64,000 nucleotides of DNA from Flavobacteriales bacterium (GTDB taxonomy: Bacteria; Bacteroidota; Bacteroidia; Flavobacteriales; UBA7312), in assembly GCA_016779935.1 (NCBI GenBank), contig JADHMQ010000001.1, forward strand, positions 128,369 to 192,368, in the 5' to 3' direction. A model generated the notes under the pieces. It was not told the DNA's origin and searched no databases. It worked only from the letters and a program-made list of their open reading frames with translations. Within the stretch, counting starts at the first letter, position 1, and every line of letters starts with the position of its first letter. This document shows positions 1-8,709 of this stretch, piece after piece. The position numbers were made by a program, and so were the translations under genes.

Positions 1-519
1 TCTGCCGATACAGTAGTGATAAATGATAGCACCTATACTTTTAGTGTTGCGGCATCAAATTACGATAATCTGGAGTGGGATTTTGGCGATAGCACTACGG
101 CTACTACTTCAACAGCAAACCATACGTTTAGCGAAGGTCAGCATACTGTCAATCTAAATGTATTCTCAAATGGAGAAGGCTGTCTAGAAAAGACCATTAC
201 CTTTGAAATTAATATTACCACAGGAACAGATACTACGACTACTGACACTACTACAACAGATTCGACAGTATATATATCGGACTTTGATAATAACTTTAAA
301 CTCTATCCAAACCCTGCTAATAATTTCATCAGTATAGAAGGCGTAGAGGCGAACAGCCATTTGAAAATTTACAATCTATTGGGTAAAGTGGTTCTAGAAC
401 AATACATCCGTGAAGACGAACACATCAACCTATCTGCTTTAACACAAGGCGGTCAGTATATCGTAGAAATACGTACAGACGACAATGTCAGTACCTTAAA
501 GCTAATTAAAAACAAGTAA
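1..519 (+). CDS. Secreted PKD-domain protein with T9SS C-terminal sorting domain (5' partial, continues upstream of window)
   Basis: The frame is open from base 1. It has a PKD-like 'WDFGDS...HTF..G.H.V' segment, a Thr/Asp-rich linker (TTGTDTTTTDTTTTDS) and a C-terminal 'KLYPNPANNFISIEG...YIVEI' Por_Secre_tail-type motif. Confidence 0.8.
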   Translation, partial: SADTVVINDSTYTFSVAASNYDNLEWDFGDSTTATTSTANHTFSEGQHTVNLNVFSNGEGCLEKTITFEINITTGTDTTTTDTTTTDSTVYISDFDNNFKLYPNPANNFISIEGVEANSHLKIYNLLGKVVLEQYIREDEHINLSALTQGGQYIVEIRTDDNVSTLKLIKNK

Positions 520-662
520 AATAAAGATTTAAAAAAAACCTTAAGAAGGTGTAAAAATCAGCTTTCTTTTAGCCGCTTTTTTTCGTTGATAATTTGTAAA
601 AAACTTTACATTTATTATTGTCGCTTGTAAAACCACTATTCCTATATTTAAAAAAAAATAGA

Positions 663-1760
663 ATGAAACATTACTTGATGCTATTGACCCTGTTTTTCTT
701 AGTGCAAACAACCTTTGCACAAGAACAAGTCGATTCCACTCTTACCGCTGAAGAAATTCAATTTAGAGACTCTATTGCTGCCATAAATACCTCAAACGAA
801 CGTATGCAGCTTATACAAGAAACCTATAATGAAGCCTCTACGGCTTTTGCAGCATCAAATTTCAGTAAATCCATTAGTTTGTTTGATGAGGTTATTGCCT
901 TAGACTCTAGCAATGCCGATGCCTATTACAATAAAGGCTTGGCGCAAAAAGAAAATAAGCAATACACTGAAGCTATTGCAACGCTAGAACAAGCCTTTGC
1001 CTTGAACGATACTAATTATGATGCACTCTTTCAACAAGCCAAATGTTATGACGAAAGCAAAGAGAATGAGAAAGCCATTGCTGCCTATGACCGTCTATTA
1101 TCTGTAGATGCTACATGGTCCGAAGCCGCCTACAATAAGGGCGTTATTTACTATTTGGATAAAGACTATCAGCAAGCCATAACCGCTTATACAGAAGCCA
1201 TTAGCATTAATCCAAACTATGCCTATGCACTAAACGATAGAGGAAGCTGCCACAGAGCCTTAGAAGACTATGACAATGCCATTGCCGATTATCTAAAGGC
1301 AGCACAAAGCGATGCTCAAGCCTTTATTTACAACAATTTGGCAAGTGCTTACCGCAAGTCTGGAAATACCGATAAAGCCATTGAGTTTTATACCAAAGCC
1401 ATTTCTGCCGACGCCAACTATGAGATGGCGTACAACAACAGAGGAACGGTTTATTTTGAAACGGAGAATTTTGATTTGGCACTCAAGGACTTCAAGAAGG
1501 CCATAGAGATAAATAAAGACTACGCCATGGCATTGTGCAATAGAGCTGCTATCTACCATATGCAAGAAAACTACACTGGTGCCCTTGCAGATTTAGAATC
1601 AGCCGTAAAGCTACAACCCAACAATGCCACCGCTTTGCTGAACAGAGGCATTACACGAGAGATGCTCAGAAATGTAGACGGTGCCTGTGAAGACTGGCAA
1701 AAAGCCTACGATTTAGGCATGGAAAAAGGAAAAGAATATTACATCAATAATTGCGAATAA
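663..1760 (+). CDS. Tetratricopeptide (TPR) repeat protein with signal peptide
   Basis: Repeated 'A..Y..A....P....A..N.G' TPR units run throughout. I chose the ATG at 663 (MKHYLMLLTLFFLVQTTFAQ signal peptide) rather than the TTG at 618. Confidence 0.8.
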   Translation: MKHYLMLLTLFFLVQTTFAQEQVDSTLTAEEIQFRDSIAAINTSNERMQLIQETYNEASTAFAASNFSKSISLFDEVIALDSSNADAYYNKGLAQKENKQYTEAIATLEQAFALNDTNYDALFQQAKCYDESKENEKAIAAYDRLLSVDATWSEAAYNKGVIYYLDKDYQQAITAYTEAISINPNYAYALNDRGSCHRALEDYDNAIADYLKAAQSDAQAFIYNNLASAYRKSGNTDKAIEFYTKAISADANYEMAYNNRGTVYFETENFDLALKDFKKAIEINKDYAMALCNRAAIYHMQENYTGALADLESAVKLQPNNATALLNRGITREMLRNVDGACEDWQKAYDLGMEKGKEYYINNCE

Positions 1761-1761
1761 G

Positions 1762-3813
1762 ATGAAACAGATAACAACACTAATAGCATTAGCACTAAGT
1801 CTGGGGGTATTCGCACAAGATGTTGCCTTCAAGAAAGGAAATTTCAAAGACGATAAAGACGGTCTAGAAAAGGCTAAAATAAATATCGCAGAGGGCGATG
1901 TTTTCCTCGAGAAAGGCGAGCAAAAAGTATTGGCAATGGTCAATGCCTTTGAGGAATTTGGAGAAGCCTTAACGTTTTATTTACAAGCACAAGACTTTAA
2001 CCCTAGTAATTCGGACTTGAACAGAAAGATAGGACATGCTTACCTCTACACTAATACCCCTTATTTGGCGATGCCTTTCTTGAAAAAGTCCTTAGAGTTG
2101 GGAGGAGACGATTCAGAACCTTTTGTTCATTTCTTATTGGGAAAAGCCTATCAGCTAGAAAGGGATTTTGAAGCGGCAGAACGTGCCTTTAAGAAATATG
2201 GCACTTTGGAAAACCCTAAAAAGCTAGAAGTTTATAAAAAACTAAATAGGAAGCAAATCAAGGAATGTAAGAATGGGGCTGAAATATTTGGTATTAAAAC
2301 GAGGGTATGGGTCGATAATGTGAAAGAGCTAAACTCTCAACAAGACGAGATTGCACCTAGTATTACTGCCGATGGAACAGAGATTATCTTTAACAGTAAC
2401 AAGACGGGCAACTTTGACATTTACACTGCCGAGCGTAAAAAAAGAAAATGGGTGCGTTTATCTTCCGTTAACAGCTTGAATACTGAGGGAGACGATGTTT
2501 CTTCCAGTTTAGCCTATGACGGACAGCGATTGCTACTATTCAAAGATACTGACGGTCAGAGCGATATTTACGAATCCAAACTAAACGGAACGACTTGGGG
2601 AGAGCCTAAACTCAAGATGTCCAAAGTGGTGAATGTGGAAGGTAACGAAACCTTCGCTTCTTATGATCCACAGGATATAAAAGTCTATTTCGTAAGTGAC
2701 GGTGGCTTTGGTGGTGACCAAAACATTAACTTCAGTGGAAAGAAAGATATGGAGGAGAAGTTTTGGGGGCAATCCCAAAGTGCAGGACAAGAGGTTAATA
2801 CCGGTTTCCAAGAAGGCTCGGTTTATATGGCACCAGATGGCAACACCATGTATTTTTGTTCCCAAGGGCATTCTTCCATTGGAGGCTATGACGTCTTTGT
2901 AACGTATAGGAATGAAGAACTTGGCTTGTGGGGTAAACCCATCAATATGGGATATCCCATTAACACTCCATTTGACGAATTATACTTTAGCATTTCTGCT
3001 AATGGTAAGAAAGCCTATTTCGCTTCCAACAGAGACGGTGGAACAGGAGGAATGGATATTTACTGTGCTACCTTTTGGGGAGAACCTAAGAAACCAACTG
3101 TAGCTTCTGAAGATAACCTCATTGCCAGTATTGCTTCACCCATAGAAGATACCTACACACCAGAAACGGTTGAGGTCACGGTAGCCAATAGCCTTACCGT
3201 ATTCAAAGGACGTATTTTGGACGGTCTATTGCAAGAGCCGGTAGAGGCAGAGATTAAGATTTTTGACAATTCAACCGGAGAAGTTTATGCCGTGATGCGT
3301 TCCAACAGTGCAACAGGTAAGTTCCTCTTGTCTTTACCTTCTGGACTTAACTACGGTATTTCGGTAGAAGCAGAAGGCTATTTGTTCCATTCGGAAAACT
3401 TCAATTTGCCTAAAGGTTCGGCATACAATATGATTAACAAAGACATAGAGCTGAAAAACATTGACATAGGCAGTAAGATTGCTCTTAGAAACGTTTTCTT
3501 TGACACTGGCAGGGCTGAGGTAAAAATAGATTCTTACCCAGAGTTAGACCGACTCATTCAGTTGATGACCGATGTACCTAGCCTTAAGATAGAGCTATCC
3601 GGACACACCGATAATGTAGGAGGCAAAGTCGCCAATGAAAGCCTTTCACAGCGAAGAGCCGATGCCGTAAGGCAGTATTTGGTATCGCGTTCTGTAGATG
3701 CTAATCGCGTTACCGCAAAGGGCTATGGCTCTAGCCGACCAGTAGATAGTAACGACACCAAAGAGGGCAGAGCCAACAACAGGCGAACGGAGTTTGAGAT
3801 TACCGCCAATTAA
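1762..3813 (+). CDS. OmpA-family outer-membrane/peptidoglycan-associated protein (TPR, TolB-like repeats and a C-terminal OmpA domain)
   Basis: Signal peptide; repeated '...FaSnR.GG.G..DIY' TolB/WD40-like units; C-terminal 'LRNVFFDTGRAEV...GHTDNVG....N..LSQRRA..V..YL...G' OmpA_C motif. Confidence 0.85.
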   Translation: MKQITTLIALALSLGVFAQDVAFKKGNFKDDKDGLEKAKINIAEGDVFLEKGEQKVLAMVNAFEEFGEALTFYLQAQDFNPSNSDLNRKIGHAYLYTNTPYLAMPFLKKSLELGGDDSEPFVHFLLGKAYQLERDFEAAERAFKKYGTLENPKKLEVYKKLNRKQIKECKNGAEIFGIKTRVWVDNVKELNSQQDEIAPSITADGTEIIFNSNKTGNFDIYTAERKKRKWVRLSSVNSLNTEGDDVSSSLAYDGQRLLLFKDTDGQSDIYESKLNGTTWGEPKLKMSKVVNVEGNETFASYDPQDIKVYFVSDGGFGGDQNINFSGKKDMEEKFWGQSQSAGQEVNTGFQEGSVYMAPDGNTMYFCSQGHSSIGGYDVFVTYRNEELGLWGKPINMGYPINTPFDELYFSISANGKKAYFASNRDGGTGGMDIYCATFWGEPKKPTVASEDNLIASIASPIEDTYTPETVEVTVANSLTVFKGRILDGLLQEPVEAEIKIFDNSTGEVYAVMRSNSATGKFLLSLPSGLNYGISVEAEGYLFHSENFNLPKGSAYNMINKDIELKNIDIGSKIALRNVFFDTGRAEVKIDSYPELDRLIQLMTDVPSLKIELSGHTDNVGGKVANESLSQRRADAVRQYLVSRSVDANRVTAKGYGSSRPVDSNDTKEGRANNRRTEFEITAN

Positions 3814-3855
3814 TACTGTACGACTTAACCTCTCGTTAAAAGCTAAGGCTTAATT

Positions 3856-4503
3856 ATGAAGAACCTCTTATTTGATTTGGACGGTACTATTATAGAACCT
3901 AAGGAAGGCATTTTGAATTCCATACGCCATACTGCCCAGAAAATGGGGGTGGTGGCACCCTCCGATGAAACGCTTCATCAGTTTATAGGACCGCCCATTA
4001 TGGAATCCTTTCAGCATAAGTTAGGACTGACTTATGAGCAAGCCTTAGAAGCGGTGGGTTACTTCAGAAGCTATTACGCCCATACAGGCATACACCAAAA
4101 CGCTCTTTTCCCTTATGTAGACGAATTGCTAAAGGCACTGAAAGTAGAAGGCTATACCTTATTCGTGGCGACTTCTAAACCCACACTTTTTGCCAAAGAA
4201 ATACTCAAAGACCATCAGCTGGACACCCTCTTTGTAGAGATAGTGGGCTGCAATATGGACAATAGCCGCAGCGATAAGGCTGAAATCATAGCTTATATTG
4301 TGGAAAAGTACGGACTAGATGTATCCGAATGCCTGATGATAGGCGATACCAAATACGATATTATTGGGGCTAAGAAACACGCTATGCTATCGGTAGGGGT
4401 GAACTACGGACACGGCGATTTCAGTCAGCACATTCCACAGCATACCGTTGACAGTTGTGAGGAGCTAGAAGTATTAATAAAAAAATACTTTCCATTAGGC
4501 TAA
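3856..4503 (+). CDS. HAD-superfamily hydrolase (phosphoglycolate phosphatase-like, subfamily IA)
   Basis: N-terminal 'LFDLDGTI' HAD motif I, 'ATSK' motif II and 'GDTKYDI' motif IV. Confidence 0.8.
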   Translation: MKNLLFDLDGTIIEPKEGILNSIRHTAQKMGVVAPSDETLHQFIGPPIMESFQHKLGLTYEQALEAVGYFRSYYAHTGIHQNALFPYVDELLKALKVEGYTLFVATSKPTLFAKEILKDHQLDTLFVEIVGCNMDNSRSDKAEIIAYIVEKYGLDVSECLMIGDTKYDIIGAKKHAMLSVGVNYGHGDFSQHIPQHTVDSCEELEVLIKKYFPLG

Positions 4504-4623
4504 AAACCCTATATTTGAGGAAAGCCGAAACCCCTCCTTTACCTTACCATTTTATGCAAGTTTTTTATTGAAGATTGACCCTCGCTAATTTTGGCTTGAG
4601 AAATTATTTTTATTTGAAAAAGC

Positions 4624-5319
4624 ATGAAAAAACTGTACACTCTGCTCTTTATGAGCCTGTGCTTTTTGGCATTTAGCCAAGAGCAATTTCCATCCTTTAT
4701 TGATGTTACCGGCACGGCCGAAATGGAAGTTATACCCGATGAAATTTACATTGCCATAACCCTACGTGAGCGTAGCGGAAACAGAGGCACACAGACGGTG
4801 CAAGAGCAAGAAAACGACCTTAAAGATGCCTTACGTTCCTTAGGCTTAGACCTCAAGCGTTTGGAGCTATCCGATGCCAATGCCGATTACATTTCTATAC
4901 GTTGGTTGAACAAAAAGACCATTAGCCAAAGCAGTTACCGTTTTAAAGCCGAAGACGCCTATATGGTGAGCAAGGTCTTTGAGCAATTGGACAAGCTGAA
5001 CATACAAGACGCCTACATTTCAGAGGTTAGCCATTCCAAGATAAAAGAGTACGAAAAAGAGGTGCGAATAAATGCCATAAAAGACGCTAAAGACCGTGCC
5101 GATTACCTCTTGACTGCCATAGACGAAAGAAGAGGAAAAGCTATGGAAGTGTATGAAAACAGAAGTAGCATACAGGCGGTAAGAAGAAAAAACGCTAGGC
5201 ATCAGGTAGAGAGTAGTATTCACCAAATGGTAGATTTATTCAGTGGGGAAGATAACGGCCTACAATTCCAAAAGATTAAACTCCAAGCTTCGGTATTTGT
5301 GAAGTTTGGGATTGAATAA
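4624..5319 (+). CDS. SIMPL (DUF541) domain periplasmic protein
   Basis: Signal peptide, then an 'I.V.G.AE.EV.PD...I.I.L' start typical of SIMPL/DUF541. Family assignment is from memory. Confidence 0.6.
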   Translation: MKKLYTLLFMSLCFLAFSQEQFPSFIDVTGTAEMEVIPDEIYIAITLRERSGNRGTQTVQEQENDLKDALRSLGLDLKRLELSDANADYISIRWLNKKTISQSSYRFKAEDAYMVSKVFEQLDKLNIQDAYISEVSHSKIKEYEKEVRINAIKDAKDRADYLLTAIDERRGKAMEVYENRSSIQAVRRKNARHQVESSIHQMVDLFSGEDNGLQFQKIKLQASVFVKFGIE

Positions 5320-5380
5320 ACACAGCAACCTTAACAATTCATTTCTGATAGCCCTCGAATAGGAATATTAAAGATGAGAC

Positions 5381-6361
5381 ATGACAAAAACATTAAACAA
5401 AAACTTGCACCTAGCAAAGAAAGGAAAGAAAGATGAGTTTTATACTCAACTGGCGGATATAGAAAATGAGCTTAAACATTACAAAGCACACTTTAAAGGT
5501 AAGGTGGTCTATTGCAATTGTGATGATCCACGCATGAGTAACTTTTTCCATTATTTCTCCTATAATTTTGAAGATTTAGGATTAAAAAAACTCATTTCTA
5601 CCTGCTACCAAAACCAAAACCGAGATTTGTTTAGTTCACATGACTCTGAACGTGCTATATACTTGGAATACCATGGTGACCAAAACAACAATCGTGTTCC
5701 TGATATAGACGAAATTGGCGTACAATACCTTAAAGGCGATGGCGATTTTAGAAGTGCCGAGAGTATAGCACTTTTACAACAAGCCGACATAGTAGTAACC
5801 AATCCGCCCTTTTCATTATTTAGAGAGTACGTGGCACAACTCATACAACACAATAAAAAGTTTTTGATTGTTGGAAACCATAATGCCATAACTTATAAAG
5901 AAATTTTTCCTCATATAAAAGAAGATAGAATTTGGTTAGGTTACAAATATGGTGACATGTCTTTCAAAGTGCCTGTAAATTATGAACCTAGAGAAACTAG
6001 ATTTTGGAAAGATGAAAACGGACAAAAGTGGAGAAGTTTTGGAAATATGTGTTGGTTTACCAACCTAGATATCGCTAAACGCCACGAAGACCTGATTTTA
6101 TACAAAACGTATTCTCCTGAAGAATATCCTAAATACGACAATTACGATGCCATAAACATAAACAAAACCAAAGAAATACCTATGGATTATCCTGGTGCCA
6201 TGGGCGTGCCCATTACCTTTTTGGATAAATACAACCCAGAACAGTTTGAGTTAATAGGTAGAATGACAACAACTAAAAAAGATGAATTCAATTATGGATA
6301 TCCTTACATAAATGGAAAAAGAATTTATGCGAGAATTCTAATCAAAAACAAACGCTTATGA
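5381..6361 (+). CDS. N6-adenine DNA methyltransferase, EcoRI-methylase family
   Basis: N-terminal 'KKGKKDEFYTQ...GKVVYCNCDDP' and catalytic 'VVTNPPFSLFREY' (NPPF motif IV). Its stop overlaps the next gene's start (ATGA at 6358-6361). Confidence 0.75.
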   Translation: MTKTLNKNLHLAKKGKKDEFYTQLADIENELKHYKAHFKGKVVYCNCDDPRMSNFFHYFSYNFEDLGLKKLISTCYQNQNRDLFSSHDSERAIYLEYHGDQNNNRVPDIDEIGVQYLKGDGDFRSAESIALLQQADIVVTNPPFSLFREYVAQLIQHNKKFLIVGNHNAITYKEIFPHIKEDRIWLGYKYGDMSFKVPVNYEPRETRFWKDENGQKWRSFGNMCWFTNLDIAKRHEDLILYKTYSPEEYPKYDNYDAININKTKEIPMDYPGAMGVPITFLDKYNPEQFELIGRMTTTKKDEFNYGYPYINGKRIYARILIKNKRL

Positions 6362-7454
6362 ATATAGAACTGAAAGAAATTACCATTCGGGAACTTACCG
6401 AAGGTTATGTAGATAATCAAGAACAAGGTGTAGTGGGCTATGGTGGAAAATTGGATATTCGCCCTCCATACCAAAGGGAGTTTATCTATAATGAGAAGCA
6501 AAGAGATGCTGTCATTCATACCGTTAGTAAAAACTTTCCTTTGAATGTCATGTATTGGGCAGTTAATAAGGATGGTAATTTTGAGGTGATTGATGGGCAA
6601 CAGCGCACTATTTCCATTTGTCAGTTTGTCAATAAAGAGTTTTCAGTGGTTTATGGCGATATTCCACAACATAGGATGTTCAATAATCTTCAAGATGATG
6701 AACAAGAACAAATCTTGAACTATAAATTAATGGTCTATTTCTGTGAAGGTACAGATAGCGAAAAATTAGATTGGTTTAAGGTTATCAATATTGCTGGAGC
6801 AAAGTTAACTGAACAAGAGTTGAGAAATGCTGTTTATTCTGGCTCTTGGCTTAGTGATGAAAACGCTATTTCAGTAAAGTCGGTTGTCCGGCTCAATCAA
6901 TTGGTAGTAACTACTTAAACGGTTCAGCAATACGACAAGACTATTTAGAAACAGCTATTGATTGGTTGTCTGAAGGAAATATTGAGGTGTATATGGCAAA
7001 TCACCAAAACGACCCCAACGCTAACGAATTGTGGTTGTATTTTCAGTCGGTTATTAATTGGGTGCAAGTGGTGTTTCCAAACTATAGAAGAGAGATGAAA
7101 GGCCTAGAATGGGGTGTGTTGTATAACAAATACAAAGACCACGATTTTAATTCTGCCGAATTGGAAAAAGAGGTGTCTCGTCTCATGCTAGACGATGATA
7201 TTAGCAAAAGAGGTATTTATCCATATCTCATTACGGGCAAAGAAAAGCACTTGAGTATTCGAGCATTTTCAGAGGGGCAAAAGCGTAAAAGCTACGAAAG
7301 ACAAAAAGGAATTTGCCCTATCTGTAAGGAACACTTTGAAATTGGTCAAATGGAAGCCGACCATATTACACCATGGCACGAAGGGGGTAAAACCATTGAT
7401 GAAAATTGTCAAATGCTCTGCAAAGAAGATAACCGAAGAAAAGGAGGGAGGTAG
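6358..7454 (+). pseudogene. DUF262 (ParB-like, DGQQR motif) + C-terminal HNH nuclease protein, split by a -1 frameshift in an A-run near 6860-6863
   Basis: ORF 6358-6918 carries 'VIDGQQRT'. ORF 6966-7454 carries the HNH 'EADHITPWHEGGKTIDENCQMLCKEDNRRKG'. Shifting frame at GATGAAAACGC gives a continuous '...SGSWLSD(E)KRYFSKVGCPAQSIGSNYLNGSAIRQDYLETAIDWLSEGN...'. Confidence 0.8.
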
Positions 7455-7458
7455 GAAA

Positions 7459-8700
7459 ATGAATAATATAATTTATAATGAGGACGCAAGAGAACTCTTA
7501 TCTATAGTTGATGAAAAGATAAAAGTAAAGACAACAATTACATCACCTCCCTACTATGATATGAAAGATTACGGCTCAAGTAATCAGGTTGGATATGGAC
7601 AAAGTTATGAGGAGTATCTAAATGATCTTAGTTTAATTTTTGAAAGTGTGTTTAAGATAACAGAGGAAAATGGCACACTTTGGATAATTATAGACACATT
7701 TAAGCGAAATAATCAAGTTGTCACTTTACCATTTGACCTCGCAAATAAATTAAAAGAAATTGGATGGTTGCTTCAGGATATCATAATATGGAAAAAAGAT
7801 AAAACAGTTCCTTGGTCTAACAATGGTTTTATGCAAAGAAAATTTGAATACATACTTTTTTTTTCAAAATCAAAAAAAATTAAAATTAATAAAGACAGAG
7901 TTAGAGTTTTTGATATGACTAAATTAAAAAAATGGTGGATTAAATTTCCTGAAAGGTATAACCCAAATGGGAAAGCCTTAGATGAAGTATGGGAGTTTCC
8001 AATACCAACTCAAGGCTCTTGGGGAAAGGAATACATAAGACATTTTTGTCCTTTACCGCAAAGTATGGTAGCAACAATGATTCAAATAAGCTCAGATGAA
8101 AATGACACTATTTTAGATCCTTTTGCAGGGACAGGCACAGTACTTTCACAATCTGCATATATGAAACGGAATTATATCGGTTTTGAATTAAATAAAAAAT
8201 ACATTTCAATGTTCGAGGAGTATTTAGAAAAAACTTTTTCTAAATATAGAAATGAATATGAGATATTATCTGAAAGCAAAGATCAAAGAAATTTTGAAAA
8301 GCAAATTCTCAATTTAAGATCTTTAAAATTTGCCAGAGTACTAATAAAATGTATTGAAAGTAAAACAGAGTTAAATAATTTCAAAATTTTTGTTACTCCC
8401 AAAAAAGTAAGTAAGCTAAAACACAAACTACTTAAAGTAGAATATCAAATTATTGGACAAATAGATGAAGCTGTTTTTATGAAAGAAATAAAAGAGTTAA
8501 TCGACAAAACACCATTATCGAAATTTGGTATTGAACCAGTGTTCAAATTTATAGAGTTTAAAAAATTCAACAAAAAGCATCATTATGGCTACACCAAATC
8601 TAATACTTATTCATTTGTAAAAAACTCCAATCTTAATTCCCAGAAAATAAGAGTTGTAAGCAAAATTTGTGTTGACTTAAATGAAAATGACTACCTATAA
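7459..8700 (+). CDS. Beta-class (N4-C or N6-A) DNA methyltransferase with uncharacterised C-terminal extension
   Basis: Motif IV 'TITSPPYYD' precedes motif I 'LDPFAGTGTV', which is the beta order. I chose the ATG at 7459, 4 nt after the HNH stop and preceded by a GGAGG-like sequence. The longer ORF from 7336 overlaps the HNH gene. Confidence 0.8.
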   Translation: MNNIIYNEDARELLSIVDEKIKVKTTITSPPYYDMKDYGSSNQVGYGQSYEEYLNDLSLIFESVFKITEENGTLWIIIDTFKRNNQVVTLPFDLANKLKEIGWLLQDIIIWKKDKTVPWSNNGFMQRKFEYILFFSKSKKIKINKDRVRVFDMTKLKKWWIKFPERYNPNGKALDEVWEFPIPTQGSWGKEYIRHFCPLPQSMVATMIQISSDENDTILDPFAGTGTVLSQSAYMKRNYIGFELNKKYISMFEEYLEKTFSKYRNEYEILSESKDQRNFEKQILNLRSLKFARVLIKCIESKTELNNFKIFVTPKKVSKLKHKLLKVEYQIIGQIDEAVFMKEIKELIDKTPLSKFGIEPVFKFIEFKKFNKKHHYGYTKSNTYSFVKNSNLNSQKIRVVSKICVDLNENDYL

Positions 8701-8709
8701 ATTTTTCGT

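Noticed and set aside
220-275. Nucleotide-level tandem repeat in the ACN-rich stretch
   Set aside because: It simply encodes a low-complexity Thr/Asp linker (TTGTDTTTTDTTTTDS) between the PKD and sorting domains. It is not an independent repeat element.
7336-7458. Upstream extension of the beta-class methylase ORF (ORF track start at 7336)
   Set aside because: It overlaps the 3' end of the HNH reading frame in a different frame and encodes no recognisable methylase sequence. The ATG at 7459 follows the HNH stop by 4 nt and has an SD-like sequence.
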